Assembly (NCBI GenBank): GCA_036745215.1
Contig: DAIOGM010000007.1
Location: forward strand, 1-42,436
Direction of reading: 5' to 3'
Length of the DNA stretch: 42,436 nucleotides
DNA from: Gemmataceae bacterium
GTDB taxonomy: Bacteria > Planctomycetota > Planctomycetia > Gemmatales > Gemmataceae
The notes below the pieces were generated by a model, which was not told the DNA's origin, ran no database searches, and was given only the letters and a program-made list of their open reading frames with translations. The position numbers and the translations under genes are program-made. Below, piece after piece: positions 22,949 through 32,415 of this stretch. The first letter of the stretch is position 1; each line of letters starts with the position of its first letter.

Positions 22949-24331
22949 TTACGGCGGCGACGACGGCAGAATCTCTTCATACTCCGACACATCCTCCGTC
23001 CCGCTATACCGGGCCGGCACAATCAACAAATCGTCGTTCATCTCATCGCGTGCAAAGATCTTGCGAAACTTGGTGATGAACAACCCCTCGCTCAGATGGC
23101 CCGCGAGCTTTTGCAAATCCTTGACATCGTCGGCCGGCGCCTCGCGAACGAGATAGCCGATCGGGCGTTCCTTTTGCGATTTCGCCAGGCGAGCGCGAAT
23201 GACCTTGTAGATCGCCTCGGCTCGCTGCGGATCCTTCAAATCGAGCTGAGTGAAGCCCTCGTCCACGTTGGGCACTGTCTCGCTATAGGGATATTTCCCC
23301 GCGAGAACGCCGACGTCGTCCTTGGATAGTTTGCGGGCCCATTCCATCGTGGTGGGAATGTGGCCTTTCTTGTTCGGTTGCGGCCGTTGACCGGCGACGA
23401 AGTTGAAGTTGAGTTCGCGGGCTCGATTCAGGAGCGGGGGAATTTGCCCCTTGAAGTTGTCGAGCCAAACTTGCCCGCCGCCGGGAAGCCCGCCGGCACA
23501 GCCGATCGCGCCTTGCAGCATCGGCACCCAGGTGTACTGATAGGTGAAATCCCCCGGCAGATCGACCTTGTAAGGCGCCTGCACGTAGAACAACGCCTCG
23601 GTTTTCTCGCGCACGGAAATCTGCGTGATCTTCAAGGGATAGACGAGCTTGTCCGACGCGAACCGGAAGCGCGTCGGCGTCACTTCGCCGTCGAACGTGC
23701 CGTTCTTGTTGCGTTTCATTTGCATCGTGTCGATCTTCATGACCGTGAAGAGCCATTTCTTCTGGATGTAATGGTTAAGCGTCGCTTCGTCGCCGGAGTA
23801 GCTGTACTTGTTGTCCTTGAGCCATTGAAACAGATCGTCCGCCCGGCCGGCTTCGATGATTTTGTAATCGAGCGAGCCGACGACGCCGGATTCGCGAATG
23901 ATGATCGTCGACCATTTCGGTGGCGCGGTGGATCCGCCGGCATTGCCCGAATCGGTGGCCGGCAACGAATGCGGCCGTGACAGACGCTGTCGTAGTTCGG
24001 GTACCAGCTTCGACGCGGGCAACTCCCGCTTCTTCATGATCGAATACACCGCCAGATGCTTGAAGAAATCGCGCGGCATCTCGCTGAGCTTGGGTTGCGA
24101 CGGCGTCGGGATGACCATGCCGAAGTCGAGCGCGTTGCCTTCGAACTTCGGCTGCACCGTGAACGTCTCGATCTTCTCGTTCGGGTCCCAGGTGATGAAC
24201 ACCTTTTGCGCCGGCTGCAATATGTCGGCGTTCTTGGCCGAGAAGTAGCAGCAGGCCGCGCGAACATCGTTGCGCGTCGCGCACATAGCGAGTGTTGCGG
24301 CGATTCCGAGAAGCAGGGAACGCGATCGCAT
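22949..24331 (-). CDS. DUF2330-like secreted protein
   Basis: Signal peptide, then AACCYF...ADILQPAQKVFITWDP...ETFTVQPKFEG.ALDFGMVIPTP..P...E....FF..L, which matches my recollection of the DUF2330 N-terminal pattern. Confidence 0.6.
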   Translation of the reverse strand: MRSRSLLLGIAATLAMCATRNDVRAACCYFSAKNADILQPAQKVFITWDPNEKIETFTVQPKFEGNALDFGMVIPTPSQPKLSEMPRDFFKHLAVYSIMKKRELPASKLVPELRQRLSRPHSLPATDSGNAGGSTAPPKWSTIIIRESGVVGSLDYKIIEAGRADDLFQWLKDNKYSYSGDEATLNHYIQKKWLFTVMKIDTMQMKRNKNGTFDGEVTPTRFRFASDKLVYPLKITQISVREKTEALFYVQAPYKVDLPGDFTYQYTWVPMLQGAIGCAGGLPGGGQVWLDNFKGQIPPLLNRARELNFNFVAGQRPQPNKKGHIPTTMEWARKLSKDDVGVLAGKYPYSETVPNVDEGFTQLDLKDPQRAEAIYKVIRARLAKSQKERPIGYLVREAPADDVKDLQKLAGHLSEGLFITKFRKIFARDEMNDDLLIVPARYSGTEDVSEYEEILPSSPP

Positions 24332-24348
24332 AGAGCTCTCCTTTTTTT

Positions 24349-24410
24349 GTTAGCCGGACGCGCCAGCGACGGTTGCCGCACGGAAACCGTCGCTGGCGCG
24401 TCCGGCTAAC
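24349..24410. repeat. Perfect 26-bp-stem palindrome in the divergent region, 17 nt upstream of the DUF2330-like start codon
   Basis: GTTAGCCGGACGCGCCAGCGACGGTT (24349-24374) pairs perfectly with 24385-24410 around a 10-nt loop. On the minus strand it is followed by AAAAAAAGGAGAGCTCTATG. Confidence 0.9.
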
Positions 24411-24561
24411 GACCATCGATCATACCACAGACATGGGCCGCCAAGTCCAACAAAATCGACGCACCACGTCGCTTCAACAAACCGCAAAGATTCCATTTCA
24501 ATTCATTCCCGCCGCGTGGCAAAATGAATGTCCTCCATCGAACCCGCGCAAGGAGTCTGCC

Positions 24562-27561
24562 ATGCAACTTCGAATTGCGTTCGCTTCCCTCTCCGTCGTC
24601 ATCTGCCTCGCCACCAATGTGTCGGCCGGCGAGCTAACGCTCAAGGACGCACTCGCCAAACTCGGCGCCGGCAAGGGCTTCGTCGTCCTCGTTGGCGACG
24701 CCGGCAACCTCGCGCCGGAGTTGGCCAAGCAAAGCACGTGGACGTTCTTCGTGCAACAGCCCAAAATCGACGCGGACAAGCTGCGGAAGACACTTGACGC
24801 TGCCGGTCTCCTGGGTCAGCGCGTCTACGTGCAGGAAGGCGTCGCGTCTCTCTATCTGGCTGACGACCTTGCTGACGCGGTCTTCGTTTCCGATGGCGCC
24901 CTCGAAAAGGAAGCGCTTCGTGTGCTGCGCCCCGAAGGCAAAGCATTCATCGGCGCCAAGACGCTTACCAAACCCTTCCGCGCCGGCACCGACGACTGGA
25001 AGCACCCCTATCGCGCTCCGGACAACAATCCGCAATCGCAAGACACCGTCATGAAACGGCCCTACCTGACGCATTACATGGCCGAGCCTTGGTATTGTCC
25101 CCTGCCGATGCAATCGGTCATCTCCGGCGGCCGCGTGTTCAAGGTGTTCGGCGACCGCTCCAGCGCGAAGCCGCAGGAAGCCCTGATCAACAAGCTCATC
25201 TGCATGAACGCCTTCAATGGCACGTTGCTTTGGCAAAAAGATCTTTCAGCGGGGTTCATGATCCACCGCAATACGCTGATCGCAACGCCGGATACGCTCT
25301 ACGTCGGCGATGACAAATCCTGTCAGTTGATCGATCCGATGACCGGCAAGGTGCGCGACGAGATTGTCGTGCCGGCCGAGAAGTCCGACGGCCCCGTTTG
25401 GAAATGGATGGCTCTGCAGGACGGCGTACTGTACGCGCTCGTCGGCAAGAAGGAACTCTCGGATGAGCCGCTCAAGGGCGATCGCATTCGCGGGGCGGGT
25501 TGGCCGTGGTGGAAGATTCAAAGCTACAAGTTCGGCGAAGGCAAGAACATCCTCGCGTTCGATCCAAAAACAAAGAAGCTGTTATGGCATCACGCCGAAC
25601 AAGAAATGATCGATGCTCGCGGCATGGCAATGTCGAAAGGTCGCCTTTATTACTACAGCGAAGGCAAGTTCCTGGCCGCGCTCGACTCGAAAAGCGGCAA
25701 GGTTGTCTGGAAGAACTCGGACAAGGAGTTGCTCGACGCGGTCGGCGTTACCAAGGGGGCACAGCATCCGCTCCTGGGTTTCGCGAGCACGATGTATCTG
25801 AAATGCTCCGGCGACGCCGTCTATTTCGCCGGCCCGCATCGGCCGATGCTCGTCGCCGCGTCCGCCAAGGACGGCAAGCTCCTGTGGAAGCGCGACTGCA
25901 GCGTCACCAACGAGAAGTACAAGTATCCCAACGAAGGCGGCAACGTGCACATCCTCCTGCGTCCCGACGGCCTTTATGCGATGGGGCAGGGGCGCATCAA
26001 CGAAGAAATGTCGAGCGTCAAGCTGGATCCGTTGACGGGCCGCGTGCTGGCGACGTTTCCGAGCCGTGATCGCTGCACGCGCGCGACGGGTTGCTTCGAC
26101 AGCATCTTCACGCGCGGCGGCAAGGGCGGCAGCACCGCGGTGTTCGACGTCACCAGCCAGGAGCCGCGCATGGGCATGCTCTCGCCGATGCGGCCCGCGT
26201 GTCAGGATGGCGTCATCACCGCGCACGGCTATCTCTTCTGGGGACCGTGGCAATGCCGTTGCGACATGACGCAGCTCGGCGTCATCAGCCTCGGCTCGGG
26301 CGGCTCGTTCGATTACACGGCCAAGGCGACCGAGAAGGATCGCCTGCAAATGTTCAACAACCAGGGGCTGCACGAACGTGGCTTCGTCAGCGGCTGGCCG
26401 ACGTATCGCCATGACAACGCACGCTCGGCGACGATCCGCGACAGCGTGCCCGACAAGGTCAAGCGCGCGTGGACATGGACGCCGAAGTCGCCGACGTTGC
26501 CGACCGCGCCGATCAGCGTCGATGGGCACGTCATCATCGGCGGCCAGGACGGCATCCTGCGCAGCATCGATCTCAAGACCGGCAAGCTCGATTGGACAGG
26601 GTACACCGGCGGGCCGATGCGCTATCCGCCGGTTTGGTCGCATGAGCGGCTCTACGTCGGCTCTGGCGACGGCTATGTCTATTGCTACGCCACGCGCGGT
26701 GACTTGTTGTGGCGCTTTCGCACGGCCCCGGTCGAGCGCGTCGTGCCGATATACGGCTCGCTGTCGTCAACGTGGCCCGTCGGCTCCGGCGTGCTCGTCG
26801 AACACGATACCGTCTATTGCGCCAGCGGCATCAGCAACTTCGACGGCACGCACGTCTTCGCCCTCGACGCCCGCAGCGGCAAAATCAAATGGCAACAGCA
26901 CAGCTCCGCCTACGCTGACGACGACAAGCTGCCGACCGGCGGCGTCGCCGTGCAAGGACCGCTCTTGTTGCACAACGACGCCATCCACATGGCCGCCGGC
27001 AATACGCCGTCGATCGCGTCGCATGCGACGAAGGACGGCAAGTTTTCGCCGTCCGAGAACGGCCGCGGCAAGGACCTGTTCGTTCGCAACGGCAAAGTCA
27101 CGGCCACCGGCTTCCCGCTCTACTGGCGACCCGAAGACGATCAATTCCTCAGCACGATGGAGCTAGAAATCAGCGAGCCTCCCGCGTTATCGGGGCGGGT
27201 TTTGCACGTCGGCATTCCGCCAGCCAACCCCACCGCCCCGAATCGCCTCGCCATGCTGCCGCCGCACAAGCCCGGTGAAAAGGTGAAGGACATCTGGTCG
27301 AGCAATGTGTTCCAGGAAATCGCCGCCGTCGCAATCGCCAAGAACGCGATCGTCGTGACGGGTCTCAATCGTGACAAGAAGGATCACCTGAAGATCGCGG
27401 CGGGCGTTTGTGCGCTCGATTTGGAAACGGGCAAGGTCCTCTGGCAAGAGGCGTTGCCCGCCGTGCCGACCGCGTGGGGTTTGGCGATCGCGTCGCGCGG
27501 TAATGACATCGTGGTGACCCTGATGGATGGGCGCGTGTTGGCGTTTGCAGGCCCCAAGTAG
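24562..27561 (+). CDS. BamB/PQQ-like beta-propeller repeat giant with a degenerate methyltransferase-like N-domain
   Basis: AAGGAG lies 6 nt upstream of the ATG at 24562. Signal peptide MQLRIAFASLSVVICLATNVSA. Repeated G.(V/L)Y.....G.L.A.D..TGK..W motifs (for example DSKSGKVVWK, DLKTGKLDWT, DARSGKIKWQ, DLETGKVLWQ). Confidence 0.8.
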   Translation: MQLRIAFASLSVVICLATNVSAGELTLKDALAKLGAGKGFVVLVGDAGNLAPELAKQSTWTFFVQQPKIDADKLRKTLDAAGLLGQRVYVQEGVASLYLADDLADAVFVSDGALEKEALRVLRPEGKAFIGAKTLTKPFRAGTDDWKHPYRAPDNNPQSQDTVMKRPYLTHYMAEPWYCPLPMQSVISGGRVFKVFGDRSSAKPQEALINKLICMNAFNGTLLWQKDLSAGFMIHRNTLIATPDTLYVGDDKSCQLIDPMTGKVRDEIVVPAEKSDGPVWKWMALQDGVLYALVGKKELSDEPLKGDRIRGAGWPWWKIQSYKFGEGKNILAFDPKTKKLLWHHAEQEMIDARGMAMSKGRLYYYSEGKFLAALDSKSGKVVWKNSDKELLDAVGVTKGAQHPLLGFASTMYLKCSGDAVYFAGPHRPMLVAASAKDGKLLWKRDCSVTNEKYKYPNEGGNVHILLRPDGLYAMGQGRINEEMSSVKLDPLTGRVLATFPSRDRCTRATGCFDSIFTRGGKGGSTAVFDVTSQEPRMGMLSPMRPACQDGVITAHGYLFWGPWQCRCDMTQLGVISLGSGGSFDYTAKATEKDRLQMFNNQGLHERGFVSGWPTYRHDNARSATIRDSVPDKVKRAWTWTPKSPTLPTAPISVDGHVIIGGQDGILRSIDLKTGKLDWTGYTGGPMRYPPVWSHERLYVGSGDGYVYCYATRGDLLWRFRTAPVERVVPIYGSLSSTWPVGSGVLVEHDTVYCASGISNFDGTHVFALDARSGKIKWQQHSSAYADDDKLPTGGVAVQGPLLLHNDAIHMAAGNTPSIASHATKDGKFSPSENGRGKDLFVRNGKVTATGFPLYWRPEDDQFLSTMELEISEPPALSGRVLHVGIPPANPTAPNRLAMLPPHKPGEKVKDIWSSNVFQEIAAVAIAKNAIVVTGLNRDKKDHLKIAAGVCALDLETGKVLWQEALPAVPTAWGLAIASRGNDIVVTLMDGRVLAFAGPK

Positions 27562-27571
27562 CATTTCTGAA

Positions 27572-27625
27572 GAAGCCCAGGGGCGAGGTACTCCGAGCCC
27601 CTGGGATACCTCACTTCAGGGCTTC
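27572..27625. repeat. Family A repeat: full left unit plus truncated inverted right unit
   Basis: GAAGCCCAGGGGCGAGGTACTCCGAGCCCCTGGGA followed by TACCTCACTTCAGGGCTTC. GAAGCCC/GGGCTTC, GAGGTA/TACCTC and the alternative CCCAGGGGC/GCCCCTGGG pairings are possible. Confidence 0.85.
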
Positions 27626-27723
27626 TTTCTGACTCTCATTTCCATAAAATACAAGAAGCCTCAAAGTCGATTTCACCTTGAATTTTCCTAGGTTTGCGAA
27701 GGATCACGACCTTGCCGGACGAA

Positions 27724-30489
27724 ATGCCGCCTCCCCCGATTGTACCCCCTGCCGACGCCGCCCCATTTGGCGATGGCGACACGTCGGAACCGCTCAGAAT
27801 CGAGGACGAACTCAAGCATAGTTACCTCAACTACGCCATGAGCGTCATCATCAGCCGGGCCCTTCCCGATGTGCGCGACGGCCTCAAACCATCGCAGCGC
27901 CGCATCCTCTTGGCGATGAATGACCTCGGCCTGGCGCCGAACGCGTCCACGACCAAGTGCGCCGCCATCGTCGGTGAGACGATGAAACGCTACCATCCGC
28001 ACGGCGACATGGCCATCTATCCGACGCTCGTGCGCATGGCCCAGGAATGGAACCTGCGCCATCGCCTGATCCAGGGGCAGGGCAACTTCGGCTCCATCGC
28101 GGGGCTGCCGCCGGCGCACATGCGCTACACCGAGGCGAAGCTCTTCAACGTCGCCGCAGAAATGTTAGAGGATCTCGACAAGGACACCGTCGATTTCATC
28201 GATAACTACGACGGCAAATATCGCGAGCCGCTCGTCTTGCCGAGCAAGTTCCCCAACCTCATCGTCAACGGCTCCGACGGCATCGCGGTCGGCATGGCGA
28301 CCGAAATTCCGCCGCACAATCTCACCGAAGTGTGCAATGCGATCGTCAGGCTGATTGATGATCCCGACGTTACGGTCGATCAACTGATCGAGCTGATTCC
28401 CGGGCCCGATTTTCCCACGGGCGGCGTCATTTGCGGCAAGGCGGGCATCTTCGACGGCTATCGCACCGGTCGGGGCAAGGTTACGCTGCGGGCGCGGGCG
28501 TCCATCAACGAAGAAGGCGCGAAGTCGCAGGTCATCATTCATGAAGTCCCGTACCAGCAGACGCGCAATCGATTGCATGAACAAATCGGCGAGCTAGTCA
28601 AGAACGAACGCATCAAAGGCATCTCCGCGATCCGCGACGAATCGAGCGCCCGCTCGGGCGAGCCGGTCCGGCTCGTGATCGACGTCAAGCGCGACGCCGA
28701 CGCGGAGTTTGTGCTCAATCAGCTCTACCAGTTCTCGCCCTTGCAAAAGACCGTCAGCATCATTTTGCTCGCCCTCGTGGACGGCCGGCCGCGCACGCTC
28801 AATATCAAACAGGTGCTCGAAGAATTCCTGCGCCATCGCGTGCAGGTGATCCGCCGCCGCACGGAGTATCTGCTGCGCGAGGCCAAGCGGCGCAGCCATA
28901 TTCTCGAAGGGCAGTTGATCGCGATCTCGTCGCTTGACGAAGTCATTCGCATTTGTCGCAGCTCGCCGAGCCGTGCCGCCGCCAAGGAAAACTTGCAGGG
29001 ACTTGAAGTGTCAGCCGCGCTCATGGAACGGGCGCTCGGCGGCGAACATTTCGCGTCGTTGCAAAAAGAAATCGGCACGCAAGCCAGCTATCGCATGAGC
29101 GAAGCCCAGGCCGAAGCCGTCGTCCGCTTGCAGCTCGGCCAGCTGGCGGCGCTGGAACGCGATGAAATCTTCAAGGAATACAACGGGCTGCGTGGCCATA
29201 TTCTCGAGTACGAAGAGTTGCTGGCGGCCGACCGGAACGTCCTCGCCGTCATCAAGAGCGACACGGAGTACCTGCGCGACAAGTATGGCGACGAACGCAA
29301 GACGCAGATCATCGACCAGGAACTCTCCAAGATCAAGCTCGAAGATTTGATCGCCGAGGAGGTCAACGCCGTCACCATCAGCCACAACGGTTACATCAAG
29401 CGCTTGCCGCTCAACACGTATCGCACGCAACATCGCGGCGGCAAGGGAGTCTCCGGTGGCGACACGCGCGAGGACGACTTCATCGAGCATTTCTACGTCA
29501 GCTCGACGCATGCATATCTCATGTGTTTCACCGATCGCGGCCAGCTTTATTGGCTGAAAGTGTATGACATCCCACAAATGAGCCGCACGAGCGCGGGCCG
29601 CAATATCGCCAACGTCCTGTCCTTGAAGGAAGGCGAAAAGATTTCGAGCGTCATCCCGGTGCGCCGCTTCGACGCGGAGAGCTACCTGATGATGGCGACG
29701 AAAAACGGGCTCGTCAAGAAAACGTCGCTCGAGCAATACAGCCGGCCCAAATCGGGCGGCATCATCGGCATCGCGCTGGAGGAAGGGGATTCGCTGGTTG
29801 GCGTCGTCGCCGTGAAGGCCGGCGACGAAATCGTGCTTGCCACGAAGCTCGGCATGGCGATTCGCTTTTCCGAAGCGGACGCCCGCGCGATGGGCCGCAA
29901 TACGTACGGCGTCAAGGGCATCAACCTTGGCGAGGGCGATCAAATCGTCGGCATGGTCGTCACCGATCCGGACGGCGCGCTCTTGACCGTCTGCGAGAAC
30001 GGCTACGGCAAACGCACGCCGTTCGGAGCAAACCTCGCCGAAGAGCCCGCGGAAGAGGAAGCCGACGCGGCCGAGCCGACCGAAGGCGAATCCGGCGAGC
30101 CAGAAGCGGCAGCGCCTGGAGAGGAACGCTCCGGCATGCGCTATCGCAAGCAGCGCCGCGGCGGCAAGGGCTTGCGCGACATCCGCACCAGCGATCGGAA
30201 CGGCCCCGTTCTCGGCGTCGCAAGTGTGCGTGAGAACGACGACATCATGCTCATCACGGCGCAAGGCATGGTCAACCGCACGCATATTCGCGAGATTCGG
30301 CTCATTGGCCGCAATACGCAGGGCGTGCGCATCATGAATTTGAATGAAGGTGACAAGATCGCGTCGATCGCCAAGGTGGCCCAGGAAGACGTGGGGCCGA
30401 ACGGTGACGCGCCGGCGCCGGATGCCATGAAGCCCTCTGGCGAGCCCAACGAACCCGCCGGCCCGGGACCGGCGTCACCTTCCGAATGA
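27724..30489 (+). CDS. gyrA: DNA gyrase subunit A
   Basis: [34 protein letters not shown], active-site region [10 protein letters not shown], GyrA box QHRGGKG, and C-terminal beta-pinwheel repeats. ATG at 27724; a TTG at 27694 is an alternative start. Confidence 0.95.
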   Translation: MPPPPIVPPADAAPFGDGDTSEPLRIEDELKHSYLNYAMSVIISRALPDVRDGLKPSQRRILLAMNDLGLAPNASTTKCAAIVGETMKRYHPHGDMAIYPTLVRMAQEWNLRHRLIQGQGNFGSIAGLPPAHMRYTEAKLFNVAAEMLEDLDKDTVDFIDNYDGKYREPLVLPSKFPNLIVNGSDGIAVGMATEIPPHNLTEVCNAIVRLIDDPDVTVDQLIELIPGPDFPTGGVICGKAGIFDGYRTGRGKVTLRARASINEEGAKSQVIIHEVPYQQTRNRLHEQIGELVKNERIKGISAIRDESSARSGEPVRLVIDVKRDADAEFVLNQLYQFSPLQKTVSIILLALVDGRPRTLNIKQVLEEFLRHRVQVIRRRTEYLLREAKRRSHILEGQLIAISSLDEVIRICRSSPSRAAAKENLQGLEVSAALMERALGGEHFASLQKEIGTQASYRMSEAQAEAVVRLQLGQLAALERDEIFKEYNGLRGHILEYEELLAADRNVLAVIKSDTEYLRDKYGDERKTQIIDQELSKIKLEDLIAEEVNAVTISHNGYIKRLPLNTYRTQHRGGKGVSGGDTREDDFIEHFYVSSTHAYLMCFTDRGQLYWLKVYDIPQMSRTSAGRNIANVLSLKEGEKISSVIPVRRFDAESYLMMATKNGLVKKTSLEQYSRPKSGGIIGIALEEGDSLVGVVAVKAGDEIVLATKLGMAIRFSEADARAMGRNTYGVKGINLGEGDQIVGMVVTDPDGALLTVCENGYGKRTPFGANLAEEPAEEEADAAEPTEGESGEPEAAAPGEERSGMRYRKQRRGGKGLRDIRTSDRNGPVLGVASVRENDDIMLITAQGMVNRTHIREIRLIGRNTQGVRIMNLNEGDKIASIAKVAQEDVGPNGDAPAPDAMKPSGEPNEPAGPGPASPSE

Positions 30490-30549
30490 CAATTATTGCT
30501 CTTCCCATGATCGAAGTTTCATTGTTACGATGAGGGGAAAGAGGCATCC

Positions 30550-30810
30550 ATGATTGATTTGACTCACGAACAGCGCGCCAACCTCGAGAACGGCAAGGCC
30601 GTCGATTTCGTTGATCCGGAAACGTCGCAGCATTACGTCGTCATGAAAAAGGAAACCTACGACAACGTCCGCCGCCTGATCTATGATGGCTCGGAGTGGT
30701 CCGATGACGAATTGCGGCTTCAACTGGCCCGTTCGTCAAAAGATAACGGTTGGGAAGATCCGGGAATGGACGCATACGACCGTTATGACGAGGAACGCCG
30801 CCCGTCATGA
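30550..30810 (+). CDS. Putative antitoxin partner of the MazF/PemK toxin (family not recognised)
   Basis: 86-aa ORF whose stop overlaps the toxin ATG (ATGA at 30807-30810). GGGGAAAGAGG lies upstream of its ATG. Acidic C-terminal half. No AbrB/RHH/Phd pattern visible by eye. Confidence 0.55.
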   Translation: MIDLTHEQRANLENGKAVDFVDPETSQHYVVMKKETYDNVRRLIYDGSEWSDDELRLQLARSSKDNGWEDPGMDAYDRYDEERRPS

Positions 30811-31163
30811 ACGTGAAACGCGGCGATGTGATTCTGGCGTTTGTGCCAAACGTTGGTAGTCCCGGCGGCAAGCTTCGGCCCGCGCTCATCGTTCAATCCG
30901 ATCACAACAATTCGCGACTCAATGAAACCATCATCGCTGCGATTACGAGCAATATCACGCGCGTGCAGGAAGCAACTCAACTTTTGATTGACGTGACAAC
31001 TTTGGACGGCGCCGCCTCTGGATTGCTGCACACCTCGGCCGTTCGCTGCGAACGGCTCCATTCGATTCCGTTAGCAGATGTAAATCGCATCATCGGCAAA
31101 TTATCCAAGGCCCTGATGAGCGAAATCGACGATTGTCTGAAAGCGGCGCTCGGAATTCCATGA
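30807..31163 (+). CDS. MazF/PemK/Kid-family type II toxin (mRNA interferase)
   Basis: RGDVILAFVP......GKLRPALIVQSD..N......IIAAITSN...........IDV......GLLHTSAVRCERLHSI....V...IGKL matches the PemK-fold consensus along its whole length. Confidence 0.85.
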   Translation: MNVKRGDVILAFVPNVGSPGGKLRPALIVQSDHNNSRLNETIIAAITSNITRVQEATQLLIDVTTLDGAASGLLHTSAVRCERLHSIPLADVNRIIGKLSKALMSEIDDCLKAALGIP

Positions 31164-31178
31164 GCCGTCAAATTCCCC

Positions 31179-31206
31179 TTGACCAGACCGAGAAATACAT
31201 TACACT
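31179..31206 (+). promoter_or_regulatory. Candidate sigma70-type promoter TTGACC-16 nt-TACACT for the membrane-protein/wHTH pair
   Basis: Hexamers at 31179-31184 and 31201-31206. ACGGAG lies upstream of the ATG at 31238. Planctomycete promoter rules are poorly known. Confidence 0.3.
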
Positions 31207-31237
31207 TTACGGGGCAAAGTCAACGGAGCAGAAACTC

Positions 31238-31867
31238 ATGGACCTCCACGAAGCCCTGTCGCAAATATCCGAGATCCGCGAACAGGTCGCGCGCACCGAG
31301 ACCTTTCGCGGCTATCGCGCCGCCCCCGTCGCGATTTCGGGCGTCCTCGCGTGCCTGGCCGCCGGATTGCAGCATACGCTCGTCCCCGAACCCGCGCAGG
31401 ATCCGCTCGCATACCTGAGCCTGTGGGTCGGCGCCGCTTTATTGAGCATGGCCGTCACCGGCGTCGCCATGTACTGGCATTGCATGAAATCGACGTATTC
31501 GCTGACCAAGTCCAACACGATTCTCGCCATCGGCAACTTCGCGCCCAGCGTCGTCGCGGGCGGTCTCGTGACGATCATTCTCTATCAGATTCTGCCGAGC
31601 GCCTTGTGGCTCATGCCGGGCCTCTGGTCGATCTTCTTCAGCCTCGGGATTTTCGCGTCGTATCGGCTATTGCCAAAGGCGACGTTTTGGGTCGGCGTCT
31701 TCTACATGACCGCCGGCGTGATGTGTCTGATCTGGGCACGCGACGAATTCGCCTATTCCGCGTGGGCGATGGGCGTGCCGTTCGGCGTCGGGCAGATGCT
31801 CTCCGCCGCGATCCTTTACTGGACTCTGGAGCGAAGGACCGATGAACAAGAAAAAGCCGCTTACTGA
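31238..31867 (+). CDS. Six-TM membrane protein of unknown function
   Basis: Starts at MDLHEALSQISEIREQVARTETFRGYR, followed by six hydrophobic helices. An alternative start at 31160 would give an ATGA overlap with the toxin stop. Confidence 0.6.
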   Translation: MDLHEALSQISEIREQVARTETFRGYRAAPVAISGVLACLAAGLQHTLVPEPAQDPLAYLSLWVGAALLSMAVTGVAMYWHCMKSTYSLTKSNTILAIGNFAPSVVAGGLVTIILYQILPSALWLMPGLWSIFFSLGIFASYRLLPKATFWVGVFYMTAGVMCLIWARDEFAYSAWAMGVPFGVGQMLSAAILYWTLERRTDEQEKAAY

Positions 31868-32231
31868 TTCGCCGGGCCGATTCGCCTACGAAGGGCTCGA
31901 CCGCGTCATCCACGAGAAGGCTCGGCTTAGCATCATCACGTCGCTGATGACGCACCCGAGCGGGCTCATCTTCAATGACCTCAAGGATCTTTGCGCCTTG
32001 ACCGACGGCAACCTGAGCCGGCATCTGCAGATCTTGAGCGAGGCGGGCCTCATCCAGATCTGGAAGGGCTTCAAGGACAATCGGCCGCAGACGTTATGCC
32101 GGCTGACCGACGAAGGCCGCAAGCGGTTCATCGAATACGTGACGGTGCTGGAAAACATCGTGACGGACGCCGTCAGCGCCAAGGACGCGGAACCGGCGCC
32201 GAAGTTGACACAAGGCTGGTCGCCGGCGTAG
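31842..32231 (+). CDS. Winged-helix transcriptional regulator (HTH_34/ArsR-MarR-like)
   Basis: LDRVIHEKARLSIITSL......LIFNDLKDLCALTDGNLSRHLQILSEAGLIQIWKGF..NRPQTLCRLTDEGRKRF..Y. Overlaps the upstream membrane gene by 26 nt. Confidence 0.75.
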   Translation: MNKKKPLTDSPGRFAYEGLDRVIHEKARLSIITSLMTHPSGLIFNDLKDLCALTDGNLSRHLQILSEAGLIQIWKGFKDNRPQTLCRLTDEGRKRFIEYVTVLENIVTDAVSAKDAEPAPKLTQGWSPA

Positions 32232-32359
32232 GTTGGTTGTTTTTTTTGCCGATTCACTTTGCGTGGCAAATTAGTTGGGCGGGGAAAGAAAACGTGACGT
32301 AAGGTTAGTTGGCGTTGTCAGGACGTGGGAAAAACGGTTGTAATGTCGATCGGTGTTTA

Positions 32360-32397
32360 CGTTTAGCGCTCGCCTGGCGCCACGTGAGCGCTAAACG
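32360..32397. repeat. Family C hairpin (CGTTTAGCGCTC ... GAGCGCTAAACG, loop core TGGCGCC), 18 nt upstream of ispH
   Basis: 12-bp perfect stem, extendable with one mismatch. Same architecture as 33286-33323. Confidence 0.85.
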
Positions 32398-32415
32398 AAA
32401 TCAGGAAGAAATGTC

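Noticed and set aside
24373-24561. N-terminal extensions of maximal ORFs. Examples are 24373 for the BamB-like gene, 37932 for the Wza-like gene, 33280 for the ferritin-like gene, 18221 for the DUF1583-like gene, 18084 for the cupin and 16689 for DUF1501.
   Set aside because: The extensions read through palindromic repeats or lack coding character. Downstream starts carry SD-like GGAGG/AAGGAG motifs followed immediately by signal peptides or conserved N-termini.
30130-30180. Second GyrA-box-like motif ([10 protein letters not shown]) and an acidic insert ([22 protein letters not shown]) in the gyrA C-terminal domain. I considered this as a duplication or anomaly.
   Set aside because: A second QxRGGKG-like motif in a late pinwheel blade is normal in GyrA (as I recall, Bacillus subtilis GyrA has one). 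The acidic loop is probably lineage-specific decoration and not worth a finding.
30490-31240. Direct repeats or att-like duplications flanking the low-GC MazF module.
   Set aside because: Visual comparison of the flanks showed no repeat of 8 nt or more. The insertion mechanism is left open.
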